In this document: positions 14,801-64,000 of the stretch, piece by piece
How positions within the stretch are numbered: the first letter of the stretch is position 1
Layout of the letters: every line of letters starts with the position of its first letter
Origin: Gnetum montanum
Lineage: Eukaryota; Plantae; Gnetophyta
NCBI GenBank assembly: GCA_015680685.1
Contig: MNCI01003059.1
Span: 247,043-311,042, forward strand
Direction: 5' to 3'
DNA: 64,000 bases
Made by a program: the position numbers and the translations under genes
Notes under the pieces: model-generated
The model's input: only the letters and a program-made list of their open reading frames with translations
What the model was told of the DNA's origin: nothing
Database searches by the model: none

Positions 14801-16690
14801 TATCCTTGATGTTAATCATGCTATAGGTAGCAAGTAAGGATTCATCATAATCATCTTTATCTTAATGATCCCTATCATGACCATGCCCCCTTTTGTAGTG
14901 CCTACTATGTCTTTTTTTGACTCTATGGTCTCTACCGTCTCTTCCTCCATCCCTACAATGGTCTCTCTAATCATCTCTACCAGGTTTTCATCCATTACCC
15001 CTTCTTTCTTGGTCATGTTCATCCATGTCAAAGCTAGATGATGATGATAATGATGAGAAAGATGGAGAACTATGAGAGTTGTGTTAGTTTGCTCTTCTTT
15101 CATGACCCCTTTAATCATCTCAACTTGGCCTACTAGGAGACCTAGGCTTAGAGGTCCTCCTTGTATTAGGTAATATCCTTCCTTTTCCTTGGTTGTTAGC
15201 CAATATGATTGTAATCATGGATTTTTCATGTTATTTGTAGCACAAGTTGAAGGAATTCAATGATGAGATCTGCTAGATTGATAATTAGTATCCTCTTCAA
15301 ATTGTGATGTTAGTAGATTGGTAGCCCCTTTTCCCTTGTTATCTTCATTACGTGCTTCCATGAAGTGATCCTTTCTCAGTTGGGCTTCAGTAGGCTAGTA
15401 CAACCTAAACATGTTGTCAACCACTTTGTAGTCACTGGCAATTGCTTCAAGTCCCACTTTCATCAAATGTTGTCATGATGTTTTATGGGATTGAGCAATC
15501 AAGTGGCAACACAATGTTTTCTTCTAGGTGCCCTCCATTGCATTTGTTCATCGAGTGAAGGATGAAAGTGAAGTCCAGATAGTAAGGATCTATATGCTAG
15601 TAAGAAACTTTCTTTTATTGTGGCAGTTCATCTCAATTCTTAATAATTCTATCACATCCCTTTGCTAAATCATCAGCAAGTGGAAAATTTTCCCTACAAG
15701 AAGAAGACACCTTTTAATTACTAAGTTTGCTTTAAATAAAATAATATTATTTATGAGCAATAAAACATTTTGAGCTCTAACAACAATTCCTAGATGATTC
15801 TAACTATATAAATCACTAAGACATGGTCTCTAGCAATGATGTCAATGATGAGTAATAAAGTAGACCCTACAGCCAACTATGCAAATCACAAGCATTCACG
15901 CATAACTTGGATAAATTTTATAAACTAGACTAGCTTGATTATCCAAATAGTTACGTGATTGATTGCTAGTTCTCATCTTCCCAAACATAGTTGTATGCTA
16001 AGACATATGGTTAAGTGTGATTTAGGCATGTGATGTTGATGTTGAGATGACTATATCAAAATATTATTAAATTATTAAAATATAGCAAATTAATCCACTT
16101 ATCTATCATGTAATCAAGTCCTTGAATAGTCTAAGACGATGAGTGTTTGATCCTAGTCTACCATACATGTCTTGAATGCATGTACTCACTATTGGGGTTA
16201 CTAAGCATTATTCTACTGGGCAAACCAAGTAATAATATTGTTGGGATTACCAAGTGAATACATGTTTATGATAAAAATTGGTCATTACCATACATTGAAA
16301 AGTAAATATTGTGCTAAAACCATTAAGAAATTAGATAGCAATTAAGGAAATTATTAAACTATACCAAGTGCTACAATGAAGGTAAATATATCTTGATCTT
16401 ATTATCATTATGAAAATATGTTTAGGTACAAAATCACTTGAATAAAATTATGGACAATCCATTTAATTCATGTTATGACACTCGATGATACATTGTAAGT
16501 TTTGCATAAATGAATTACAAGGGTTGCACTACACTATGACTAAAATGGTGCATTTAGTGTGGTAGGTGGCAAGTAGCTATAGATTTTACCACCCCTAAAT
16601 ATATTGTATCTATGATGTCATACAAAAGCCAATGATGTTGCACGTGCAACATCTCAACTATGATGTCATGGCTAGGGAAAGATTTTCCTC
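5817..16690 (-). mobile_element. Degenerate full-length Athila-like Ty3/gypsy retrotransposon (3' LTR 5817-6653; 5' LTR 15846-~16690)
   Basis: Paired LTRs; decayed Asp PBS near 15826-15844; PPT next to 6654. Minus strand carries gag (~15200-13300), protease (RALLDSSSRVNLI, ~13050), RT/RNase H (~12400-10900) and integrase (RFGIPRAFISSNG...YHPQVNGQA, 9088-9339), in gypsy domain order. Many stops. Confidence 0.9.
9789..10757 (+). mobile_element. Athila-like solo LTR inserted in the pol of the element above
   Basis: TGATGAG...CTCATCA termini; perfect 5-bp TSD CCTAG (9784-9788 and 10758-10762); TATA near 9882; no PBS or PPT. Confidence 0.93.
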
Positions 16691-17073
16691 CTAGTTTTTA
16701 AAAATTAGTAGAAGTAGATATAGAAGAAAATAGATAATTATTTCTTAAATTAATATTATTTTGAAATGATATTTGCCTACTACATTACATTATGTGAAAG
16801 CCTTAATCTTTTTATTGAGAAGAGATCCTAAATCACATATGTTGGTCCTATGTTAGTTTATTGATAAAAAACATTCATATGACCCCATTGAAAATTTATA
16901 AATATGGAGATCCTCTATCATTATGGAACTTAAAGATTGGAAGAAGAAAAACTAAAGCTCCAAGAATTTCAATATTATTTTCGTTACTCTCAAATATACA
17001 CTCATATTTAATCTTAATTACTCTCATCTCTCACTCTTACTAATTGTGTTTATATCTTAACTCACATCTCTCA

Positions 17074-20000
17074 TAAACTCTTCTTTAGTTTCAAAAAATT
17101 CTGACTTAAAAAAATTTTAGGAATAAGTCAAAGTTATTAAATAAGAATAAAGACCGAAGTCTAAAAAAATATAAATGAATTCAAAAGAGAAATCAAAATT
17201 TTCTACCAAGAGTATTAGGCCTCACAACCTTGTTTCTAATACAAAAGAATTTCTAATGGCCTTGCATTTGTCTTGAGTAGGATTTTTGAGCCGTAAGAAG
17301 TCATAATTGAAAAGATCACTCACAATATACTAGAATTCTTAAAAATTAAACTCTAAAGGAGGCAATCCAAATGTCTTCTTGTGGATTCAAAATGCAGCAA
17401 AGGTATTAAAGAATGAAGAAAGTAGAGGGTGCATCTTGGATGAACATGGTGTGTACATTGGAAATTCCTTAAATCTGTATATTATTGGTATAAGCTATGG
17501 ACCCAATTGGTCTTGGACCCCTGAGGTATTGACTATTAGGAAAGGTGGAATGGTTGATGTTTTTTCGTGGGTCTATTTCCTATTATCATGATTTTTACTT
17601 GCTTGTGAATTTATGGGTATGGTGTGTAGGTTGTTTTTGTCTTGGTCATATGTTTGTTTGATCCCACCGGCAGTCCCACCAATGGTCGTAAACTCTTCTT
17701 TAGTTTCAAAAAATTTTGACTTAAACAAATTTTAGGAATAAGTCAAATTTATTAAATAAGAATAAAGATCGAAGTCTAAAAATAAATAAATGAATTCAAA
17801 AGAGAAATCAAAATTTTCTACCTAGAGTACTAGGCCTCACAACCTTGTTTCTAATGCAAAAGAATTTGTAGTGGCCTTGCATTTGTCTTGGGTAAGATGT
17901 TTGAGCTGTAAGAAGTCATAATTGAAAAGATCACTCACGATATACTAGAATTCTTAAAAATTAAACTCTAAAGGAGGCAATCCAAATGTCTTCTCGTGGA
18001 TTCAAAATGCAACAAAGGTATTAAAGAATGAAGAAAGTAGAGGGTGCATCTTGGATGAACATGGTGTGTACATTGGAAATTGCTTAAATGTGTATATTAT
18101 TGGTATAAGCTATGGACCAAATTGGTCTTGGACCCTTGAGGTATTGACTATTAGGAAAGGTGGAATGGTTGATGTTTTTGTGCGGGTCTATTTCCTATTA
18201 TCATGATTTTTACTTGCTTGTGAATTTATGGGTATGGTGTGTAGGTTGTTTTTGTCTTGGTCATATGTTTGTTTGTTCCCATCGGCGGTCCCACCAATGG
18301 TCATAAACTCTTCTTTAGTTTCAAAAAATTCTGACTTAAACAAATTTTAGGAATAAGTCAAAGTTATTAAATAAGAATAAAGATTGAAGTCTAACAATAG
18401 ATAAATGAATTCAAAAGAGAAATCAAAATTTTCTACCTAGAGTACTAGTCCTCACAACCTTGTTTCTAATGCAAAAGAATTTGTAGTGGCCTTGCATTTG
18501 TCTTGGGTAAGATGTTTGAGCTGTAAGAAGTCATAATTGAAAAGATCACTCACAATATACTAGAATTCTTAAAAATTAAACTCTAAAGGAGGCAATCCAA
18601 ATGTCTTCTCGTGGATTCAAAATGCAACAAAGGTATTAAAGAATGAAGAAAGTAGAGCGTGCATCTTGGATGAACATGGTGTGTACATTGGAAATTGCTT
18701 AAATGTGTATATTATTGGTATAAGCTATGGACCAAATTGGTCTTGGACCCTTGAGGTATTGACTATTAGGAAAGGTGGAATGGTTGATGTTTTTGCACGG
18801 GTCTATTTCCTATTATCATGATTTTTACTTGCTTGTGAATTTATGGGTCTAGTGTGTAGGTTGTTTTTGTCTTGGTCATATGTTTGTTTGTTCCCAACAG
18901 TAGTCCCACCAATGGTCGTAAACTCTTCTCTAGTTTCAAAAAATTCTGACTTAAACAAATTTTAGGAATAAGTCAAATTTATTAAATAAGAATAAAGACC
19001 GAAGTCTAAAAATAAATAAATGAATTCAAAGGAGAAATCAAAATTTTCTACCTAGAGTACTAGGCCTCACAACCTTGTTTCTAACCTTGTTTCTAATGGA
19101 AAAGAATTTGTAGTGGCATTGCATTTGTCTTGAGTAGGATTTTTGAGCCGTAAGAAGTCATAATTGAAAATATCACTCACAATATACTAGAATTCTTAAA
19201 AATTAAACTCTAAAGGAGGCAATCCAAATGTCTTCTCGTGGATTCAAAATGTAGCAAAGGTATTAAACAATGAAGAAAGTAGAGGGTGCATCTTGGATGA
19301 ACATGGTGTGTACATTGGAAATTGCTTAAATGTGTATATTATTGGTATAAGCTATGGACCAAATTGGTCTTGGACCCTTGAGGTATTGACTATTAGGAAA
19401 GGTGGAATGGTTGATGTTTTTGCGCGGGTCTATTTCCTATTATCATGATTTTTACTTGCTTGTGAATTTATGGGTATGGTGTGTAGGTTGTTTTTGTCTT
19501 GGTCATATGTTTGTTTGTTCCCATCGGCGGTCCCACCAATGGNAAGTAGTCCCACCAATGGTCGTAAACTCTTCTTTAGTTTCAAAAAATTCTGACTTAA
19601 ACAAATTTTAGGAATAAGTCAAAGTTATTAAATAAGAATAAAGATTGAAGTCTAAAAATAAATAAATGAATTCAAAAGAGAAATCAAAATTTTCTACCTA
19701 GAGTACTAGGCCTCACAGCCTTGTTTCTAATGCAAAAGAATTTGTAGTGGCCTTGCATTTGTCTTGAATAGGATTTTTGAGCCGTAAGAAGTCATAATTG
19801 AAAAGCTCACTCACAATATACTAGAATTCTTAAAAATTAAACTCTAAAGGAGGCAATCCAAATGTTTTCTTGTGGATTCAAAATGCAACAGAGGTATTAA
19901 AGAATGAAGAAAGTAGAGGGTACATCTTGGATGAACATGGTGTGTACTTTGGAAATTGCTTAAATCTATATTTTATTGGTATGCGATATGGACCAAATTG

Positions 20001-20960
20001 GTCTTGGACCCTTGAGGTATTGACTATTAGGAAAGGTGGAATGGTTGATGTTTTTTCGCACGTCTATTTCCCATGATTATGATTTTTACCTGCTTGTGAA
20101 TTTATGGGTATGGTGTGTAGGTTGTTTTTGTCTTGGTCATATGTTTGTTTGTTCCCAACAGTAGTCCCACCAATGGTCGTAAACTCTTCTTTAGTTTCAA
20201 AAAATTCTGACTTAAACAAATTTTAGGAATAAGTCAAAGTTATTAAATAAGAATAAAGATTGAAGTCTAAAAATAAATAAATGAATTCAAAAGAGAAATC
20301 AAAATTTTCTACTAAGAGTATTAGGCCTTACAACCTTGTTTCTAATACAAAAGAATTTCTAATGGCCTTGCATTTGTCTTGAGTAGGATTTTTGAGCTGT
20401 AAGAAGTCATAATTGAAAAGATCACTCACAATATACTAGAATTCTTAAAAATTAAACTCTAAAGGAGGCAATCCAAATGTTTTCTTGTGGATTCAAAATG
20501 CAACAAAGGTATTAAAGAATGAAGAAAGTAGAGGGTACATCTTGGATGAACATGGTGTGTACTTTGGAAATTGCTTAAATCTATATTTTATTGGTATGCG
20601 CTATGGACCAAATTGGTCTTGGACCCTTGAGGTATTGACTATTAGGAAAGATGGAATGGTTGATGTTTTTTCGCACATCTATTTCCTATGATTATGATTT
20701 TTACCTGCTTGTGAATTTATGGGTCTATTTCCTATGATTATGATTTTTACCTGCTTGTGAATTTATGGGTCTATTTCCTATGATTATGATTTTTACCTGC
20801 TTGTGAATTTATGGGTATGGTGTGTAGGTTGTTTTTGTCTTGGTCATATGTTTGTTTTTGGCTTGGTCATATATTTTTTTGTTCTCAACGGTGGCCCACC
20901 AATGTTTTTTGTCTTGGTCATATGTTTGTTTTTTCTCAACGGTGGTCCCACCAATGGTGT
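17074..20960. repeat. Tandem array of six ~615-bp units with terminal sub-repeats
   Basis: The motif TAAACTCTTCT recurs at 17074, 17689, 18304, 18919, 19565 and 20180. A 46-bp unit is triplicated at 20678-20815. A single N join lies at 19543. Confidence 0.97.
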
Positions 20961-21399
20961 TTTGGATAAAAGTATAGGATTACCTACACCTATATAGAAA
21001 AACCCCTAATAAATACGCCCAAATGAGGGCTATTTTATCACCTACTTGTATTTTACAATTTTTTTCTTTATCACTTACTTGTATTTTACATTTTTCTAAA
21101 AGATATATGTGGTGCACCCCCAGCCCCGTCCTCCCCCTTACAAACCCCACAATTTGGACATCTATCTTTTTTATTTTAAGGATTAACAAATGGGAAATTT
21201 TCTTTAAAAAACTATTATTGGATATTACAGCTCATTGCTTACCCGCTTTCATATATCAATCTCTGATGGTCACTGGCTTGACCGGCTTCCATATCCTTTG
21301 GGGAACAAATTTTTAACTAAAGTCTTTGCCACTCAAAAGTTAAACTTTTAAAGCTTAGAATTTTCAAATAAAAAAAAACTAGTTTTCAGCTGGTTTTCA

Positions 21400-24300
21400 G
21401 CTGGAGAGAGTCTTGGGTCCCATTAAGGATAAGATAACATCTTAGAATTTCTTTAGACAACTTTTAAATTTGTCGTTTTCTCCATAAAGTTTACATCCCT
21501 GTAATTGGAGAAGGTAATAATTAACGCGTGGACGAGTATAGTAAGAGTCAATCAATGATTACGAAGAATCTTACGTTCCTGTGCCCGGTTACCCTCCTCG
21601 ACGGTGAATCCAATATATTAAAGCAGCAAATTTTATTCTTACGTTTCTGTATTGTCCTTATCAAAGTTTTAAGCATCTTTGTCAGAGAATGCCATGCTTT
21701 TTCAACCAGAAAGGCGTAAAATAAAAAGAAAACACTTGATCTAAAGCTAAAAACCAAACCAGCTTTTCTGTCCCACATGAAACGCTTCTCACGGTAGGTC
21801 AAAGATCCGGATCATGCAGATGCAGCTTTCATATGTACAAAAAGGTAAGAAATCCGGGGAACAATATCCGCTATCGATTGAAGGCGGGATAAAAAAACCA
21901 GACACGACACAAAATACCTAGCGAATGATAATAATAAACCTGATGGTATTAAAAAACCCAATCATGCTTCATTCTTTCGGATTTCGACTCCTCAGCAAAG
22001 CGCAGGTTCCAGAACTCATCGTATCTTATTAGACTAAAATGATGCGGCTCGAATGAGAGCAGACATGTCTCTGTTGCGGTACAGTTTAAAGGACTGGATG
22101 AAAGGGAGGGATGGAACAGGAGCAGCTCTGAATCATCGATGTAGTTATCATAAGCCAAGGTGTGGGCCATGTCAGCAGAGCCATGGTTGATTCCAGAGCA
22201 TGTTCAAGGTCCCACGCCTCCGCAAATAGCATTGCAAGAGCTCTGCAGGAGCAGAAGATAGCGGTAGCGAAGAAGAAGAAGGCGCTGGAAAGCGTGGCCG
22301 AGTAGACGATGGATATCGAACGATGGCAGTAGAAGAAGGGAGGTTGTAGGATGGATTTTGATATTTAGTGCTTGTGGTTTACCTTTGCCGCCGTAACAGA
22401 AGCAATAGAGGCCTACTTCAAAGAGATAGGTGCCGAGGATTGTGCAATTATTGGCTCTTTCGCCTGAGGTTCGCCTTGAAGATCCAGCTCAGCAGACGTC
22501 TCTGGTGCTTGCTCCGTGCCTGTGATGTGATCTTGTGCCTCTGCGTTTAGCACCGCCGCGCCTTTGATTTTGTGCATGTGTTTAGCAGAGCCACCGCCAC
22601 CGCGGCCAAGGATTGAATTCGTAGGAAGGCCCCGGATAAGGCGTCTACTCGATCTATCACGTAATTCTTCGTTGTTCACACGAATTCTTAACGTGAATGT
22701 CGCGGTAAGTGACTGTGTTGCTGCAATTTTTTTATATTTTTTTTGGTTTTTTCTCTCAGTTCCTTGTGAGGTATCAGTTCCCTTTCCGCGTTGGTTTTGC
22801 TTAGGGTGTTACGATGTTGTAAGAGGATGTGGCTGCCTCGGCGTATTTTAGATTTCTTTTCTTGAAAGACGAGTTGTTTTTTCCGGCGATCTTTGTTTTC
22901 GGCTTTAGGATTTTGCGATTCGGTGGAAAGTTTCGGTTTACCTGGTTATTCTTAAAAGTGCGGATTCAGCGGGTGTATTTTGATCAAACATGGAAAGGAG
23001 TAATTGAAAGTTGCAGTGAGGTTCTGCAAGACGATGGAAACGATTGTGTTTAGCTCTTAGCTGCTATGTATTGATCTGATTCTTCTGCATGTTTTGTAAC
23101 GAGTCTTTATCTGGTGCACAATCATTTAGGATGGAAGATCTCGCAAGTCCTTGGATTCCTGATTATTTCAGGGCTTCCTTGCTTTGATGGTGAATGATGC
23201 AAGGGGAACGATTTGCTGGACTCCCACTCCATATAAGCCGTTTCTGATAACTTTGTTTTCCTTTGTAAATAGGAAGGACCACTTCAGTTCTGACATGGCA
23301 ATTGATCAGAGCAAGGTGTGTCTAATAGCTGAAGACAGCTTTCTGATTTTGACATGTTTAAAGGTTTTTTTTTGGTAGTTTCTTGTGACTCCGAATTTAG
23401 TGGCTTGTCTGGACAAATGCTGTAATATATTGTTTGGCTGCCCATCGAGGACTTGCGGTAAAGCTTCTTTGACTTGTGGAACGGCTTCACCATAGACCTA
23501 ATCATAATGTACGTTTGATATGGTTCGATGACATCGAGAATAACAGCTTGATGAAACATGGAGAGGAATATGAATGAGAACTTGCCATGCAGGCGGGTGA
23601 TTTTTAGTTAAAGACTTTACAGGAGGCGTATGACGATGATACTTGTACTGGCAATACAGAGGCAGCTGTTATTTTTCCTCGTTATATCTGCAGATTCTCG
23701 ATCTTGATTTTCAGTGGGGCAAAGATGCCGAATTTCGAACTACTCCAGTATTTTATCGAGTTGCAGCCTTTTGAACCTGTAGACGTAGCGTAATAGATTT
23801 TGGTCACTTAGCTACAAATTTGGACGAGTTAGTGATTGAAAGATTGGAAAGGGAACAGCGCTGTTCGATCTTAGTCTATGTAAATCAAGCATCGAATTAT
23901 GGGTAGAGGTTGCGTCTTGTGATCTTGTCCTCATTCATATGTACGGTCAATAGGGCATTTAATCAATTATGAAATGCAGAAGACTTCTTCCCATCCCCCT
24001 GAAGCGTTATGGATTTTATCTTACATTCGCAGTGGGGATTCGATTATTGATGTCTCGGAGAGTGTTTCAGCTTTTACCATATTTTTATGCATGACGCTTC
24101 AGTTCCTCTCCTTTTGGCATTCGGCAGTTAGCAGCTGCTAATCCTATGTCAATTCTTGAAAACGGCTGTAAAAAGGGGATTGTTTTTTCCAAATTGGCAT
24201 GACAGTACCATGTGTATTTATCACCACGGCCCACGACCAACAAATGCCATTTTTGGACGAGTATGTGTTCATGCGAGTTCGTATTGTTTGTGTTTTTCCT

Positions 24301-25386
24301 GTCATCCTTTGGAAGACTTCTCTCGGATTTTAAGACACCATTTCTCGAGTTAGCCGTCGTTTACACGTATTCCCTCTCGATTTCTGATGCGTACGTCGGT
24401 GAAAATCAAATATGTCGTGTTAGACACCTGCCTATGGATTACATTGGCCGAGGAAAAGCTTGTGGAAGGAATAAAGCCGCAGATGGATTCTCTTGCTTTT
24501 AATCCGAATTCTTAGCATTTGCTTATTGGCACACGACTCCTTAGAAAGCAGCTTTTTATCGGGTTATGGTTCTCTACTTTATGAGTATGAACTTCATCTA
24601 GTTCGATGATTGTCCATACCAGAAACATTATCGTTTAATTGCAGAAAATATACATGAATAGTTTCCAAGGCCTCTTGTGCGTACAGTGTTGGCAGCACCG
24701 GCAGTTAATTATAGTAGGGAATTGCAGAGGTATAGATCATTACAAGTAAAACTCCGTTTGGACTATTTTGCTGCCATATGTTACAGTTATTCCTATTGTG
24801 GCAGCCAAAGTTTGGAAATTGAATTTTCGAATTCAAAGAACCAGCGTGCAAATAATATTATTTCGAATAGATTTTATGAAATTGAAATCTTAATTGTAAC
24901 GCATGTTTTTTTTTTATAAAAATATTGCAAAGGAATCCATAGAAGAAACGGAGTTACAACGTAATTTCAAGATCATGAAAATGTAAAGCACTTTAACTTT
25001 AATTTGTAAACTGTTTGACTGTGGAAACAGAAGCAAGGGATTCCACAATCAATGTCAAGTAATTCGTAGCATCGGACAGGCGAAGGATATGCGTATCTGT
25101 TTTATCGTCATTGTGTGTTTCTTCTTTTTGCTTTAAAATTTAGGCGCATCAAATTTGTAGGACAGGAACATTAACTGTGTTCAGAACATAAATATTGTTA
25201 ACAGAAGAACGATTGGATTGTTTGACATTGAAAACGATATGGACGGCAATGGTTTTCTTTTCTATATTATATAATTTGGTTGCTGGAAGGAGTAATTTTC
25301 TTCAATCTGATACTATATACCGTGTAAAGCCTAATGCAAATTTATTTGCATCTCTGCAGGTATGGAGTGTGCTGATAGGACAAATC
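21400..25386 (+). promoter_or_regulatory. Probable CBL promoter, first 5' UTR exon (~22240-22704) and 5' UTR intron
   Basis: Non-repetitive sequence that retains CpG; GAA-rich leader near 22260; strong donor GCG|GTAAGT at 22705; acceptor TCTCTGCAG at 25359 just before the start codon. The TSS is not determinable. Confidence 0.55.
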
Positions 25387-62238
<36,852 letters not shown>

Positions 62239-64000
62239 AGCTTTCTGAGTTGCTGCAGTGACAGTCAAGAATTAGCTGTTTTTAAGAAGTAATATCTTTC
62301 TAAGTGTGTTTCTTTTTGTAGTTAGGTGTGCTGCTTAGCAAGCATCTATGTTTGTGTTGAATTTGAATGGGCTGATTTCAAGAAATAGCTTGGTTGTATC
62401 ATATGTTTTAATTTTATTTAAATATTGTCATACTTTTCATACATTCCTTAGACTCGTGTTCATGTATAAATTTATATCGTTATCCTATAAATTATTTGGA
62501 ACGTGAGAGGTCTATTGAACTTGTAAATATTCTGTGAAATCATCGGCTATTTGGATGAATCTCGCCTTTCCATCTATTTCTTGTCTACAGTTCGTTTCTT
62601 GACGTCAGCATTCACAAGCAATTAGTATGCCTGAATTATACCATTGATATGCGTTTTCCTGTTAAATAGATCATAATTTATGTTCATAGAACCGTCACAA
62701 GTGATTTGATCGCTATAACAAAGCATCAAAATTCACCCTGGTACATTTAGCGCAAAAGTGTGTTTTGAGTCTAGGTGCCATGGGTCAATTAAACACGTCT
62801 ACATTTAGAGTGATAAAATTAATCCTAAACAAATGGTGAAATCTGTGAGGACAACCCATTTTGCCACGAGGATGAGGAGTTTAAATGTGTCCAATATCAG
62901 GCGTGGAGATTGTAGGGGAACACAACCATGTCCCAATTCCTAGGTAGCTACGTATGCAATGTACTTGTTCTATGGTTTAGGGTGTGGTTGGTGTCACTTG
63001 GTGAATCACAGCAGAAAAATTTTCACTAGGTGATAGCTCTAAGTGCCCGACTTAGCCTTGACTTGGTCAGCAATTCACAACGACTCAAGCAGAGGGAAAC
63101 ACGCTTACGGAAAAACTTTCAGCCTTTACTTACACAAAGGTATAATACAACATATACAGGAGGTTGTCTCAACGTGAGCAACATGTCTTGTATTCATAGG
63201 CGTAGGCATACCTAGCTTGGCCCGTACGCTCTTGTGACTAGCAATACAAATCGTTACTTGCATATTCAACACAGAGTATGCACGTAATCCATTGCCAATA
63301 TTGTCTTTCATCCGTTTTACCCCAACTAACGATAGCAGATGTGCATGCACTACATTTGAAGGAATCTATAGCCCTTTTGCATGCATTGCACATGACTTCG
63401 TGTAGTGGTAACAGATGTGCATGCGTTACATCTGGACGAATTCAGCTGTAGCACCATTGCATGCATCACACCTACTTTCATCTATTTTGGTAACTCTAGT
63501 TACCCTATGCACTTGCTACGCGTGCCACCCAAAAGCGCGCACATGCGATTTGTATTCATCTACAGCCAACAGATGTCTTTTCACACCCAAGGCGTGGACC
63601 AACTGTAGCTTGTGCAGCCTAAGATTGTGGCAACTCAAGAGGTGATAGTTGGAAATCTGTATTGCCTAAATATGAATAGGAAACCTGTGTGGATATTATA
63701 AATCACATGTTGTATTCTTTTATTACCACGTGACATGGGCTTTAAGGAGAGTAGAAACTCCAAACAATAGAGAAAGGAAAAGTCTATGGATCTTGGAGGC
63801 CTATGTAGATGAAGGAGAAACTCCAAATAACCTAAAAATTAAAAGCTGCTTGATGTTGAGATGTTGAAATTAAGAGTAAAAAATTAATTTTTCAACCTTG
63901 AGAAATTAGAAAAGAATATTTTACCAGGAAAAATGGTTCTTGCCTTACTTTACAGAGTTTTACATCGCTGTCAATCTTCATCTTTGAGCTTAAAATTATC

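Noticed and set aside
17655-17690. PBS matching plastid tRNA-Asp, or a tRNA/5S gene in the array
   Set aside because: The partial match holds only for unit 1. The inferred ancestral motif (GGACCGCCG) fits worse, and no tRNA or 5S structure is present.
17379-20691. Repeated ~70-aa ORFs (MWIQNA...) as a tandem gene family
   Set aside because: They are by-products of the 615-bp repeat, have non-ATG starts, and show no recognisable domain.
21524-21530. CAMTA-type ACGCGT box upstream of a calcium-sensor gene
   Set aside because: A single hexamer is expected by chance in CpG-retaining sequence, and the TSS is unknown.
25195-25386. N-terminal extension of CBL suggested by the ORF track
   Set aside because: TTG start; it reads through intron-like sequence and a strong acceptor at 25359; the ATG at 25387 gives the canonical 226 aa.

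Overview
Land-plant nuclear DNA, rich in heavily C-to-T-decayed retrotransposons; an RTEX-like LINE weakly suggests a fern or lycophyte. It holds one intact host gene: a CBL2/CBL3-type calcineurin B-like calcium sensor on the + strand. The gene has 8 coding exons (681 nt, 226 aa) spread from 25387 to 62238, because introns 3 (21.0 kb) and 6 (13.4 kb) are filled with nested transposons. Upstream lie nested Athila-like Ty3/gypsy LTRs, a degenerate full-length Athila-like element (5817 to ~16690), an RTE LINE remnant and a 6 x 615-bp tandem array about 1.3 kb before the presumed CBL transcription start. The most notable result is an L1-clade LINE family with four copies here. One copy is full length, with a 16-bp TSD and poly(A) (48959-55073). 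After RT and the zinc finger, where many plant L1s carry RNase H, this family encodes an env-like/Transposase_32-like domain, a coiled coil and a J-domain (DnaJ/Hsp40, ...RFHPD...). The J-domain is conserved at protein level, in register and with the same stop position, in three diverged copies. All calls come from manual reading and translation; no database searches were run.
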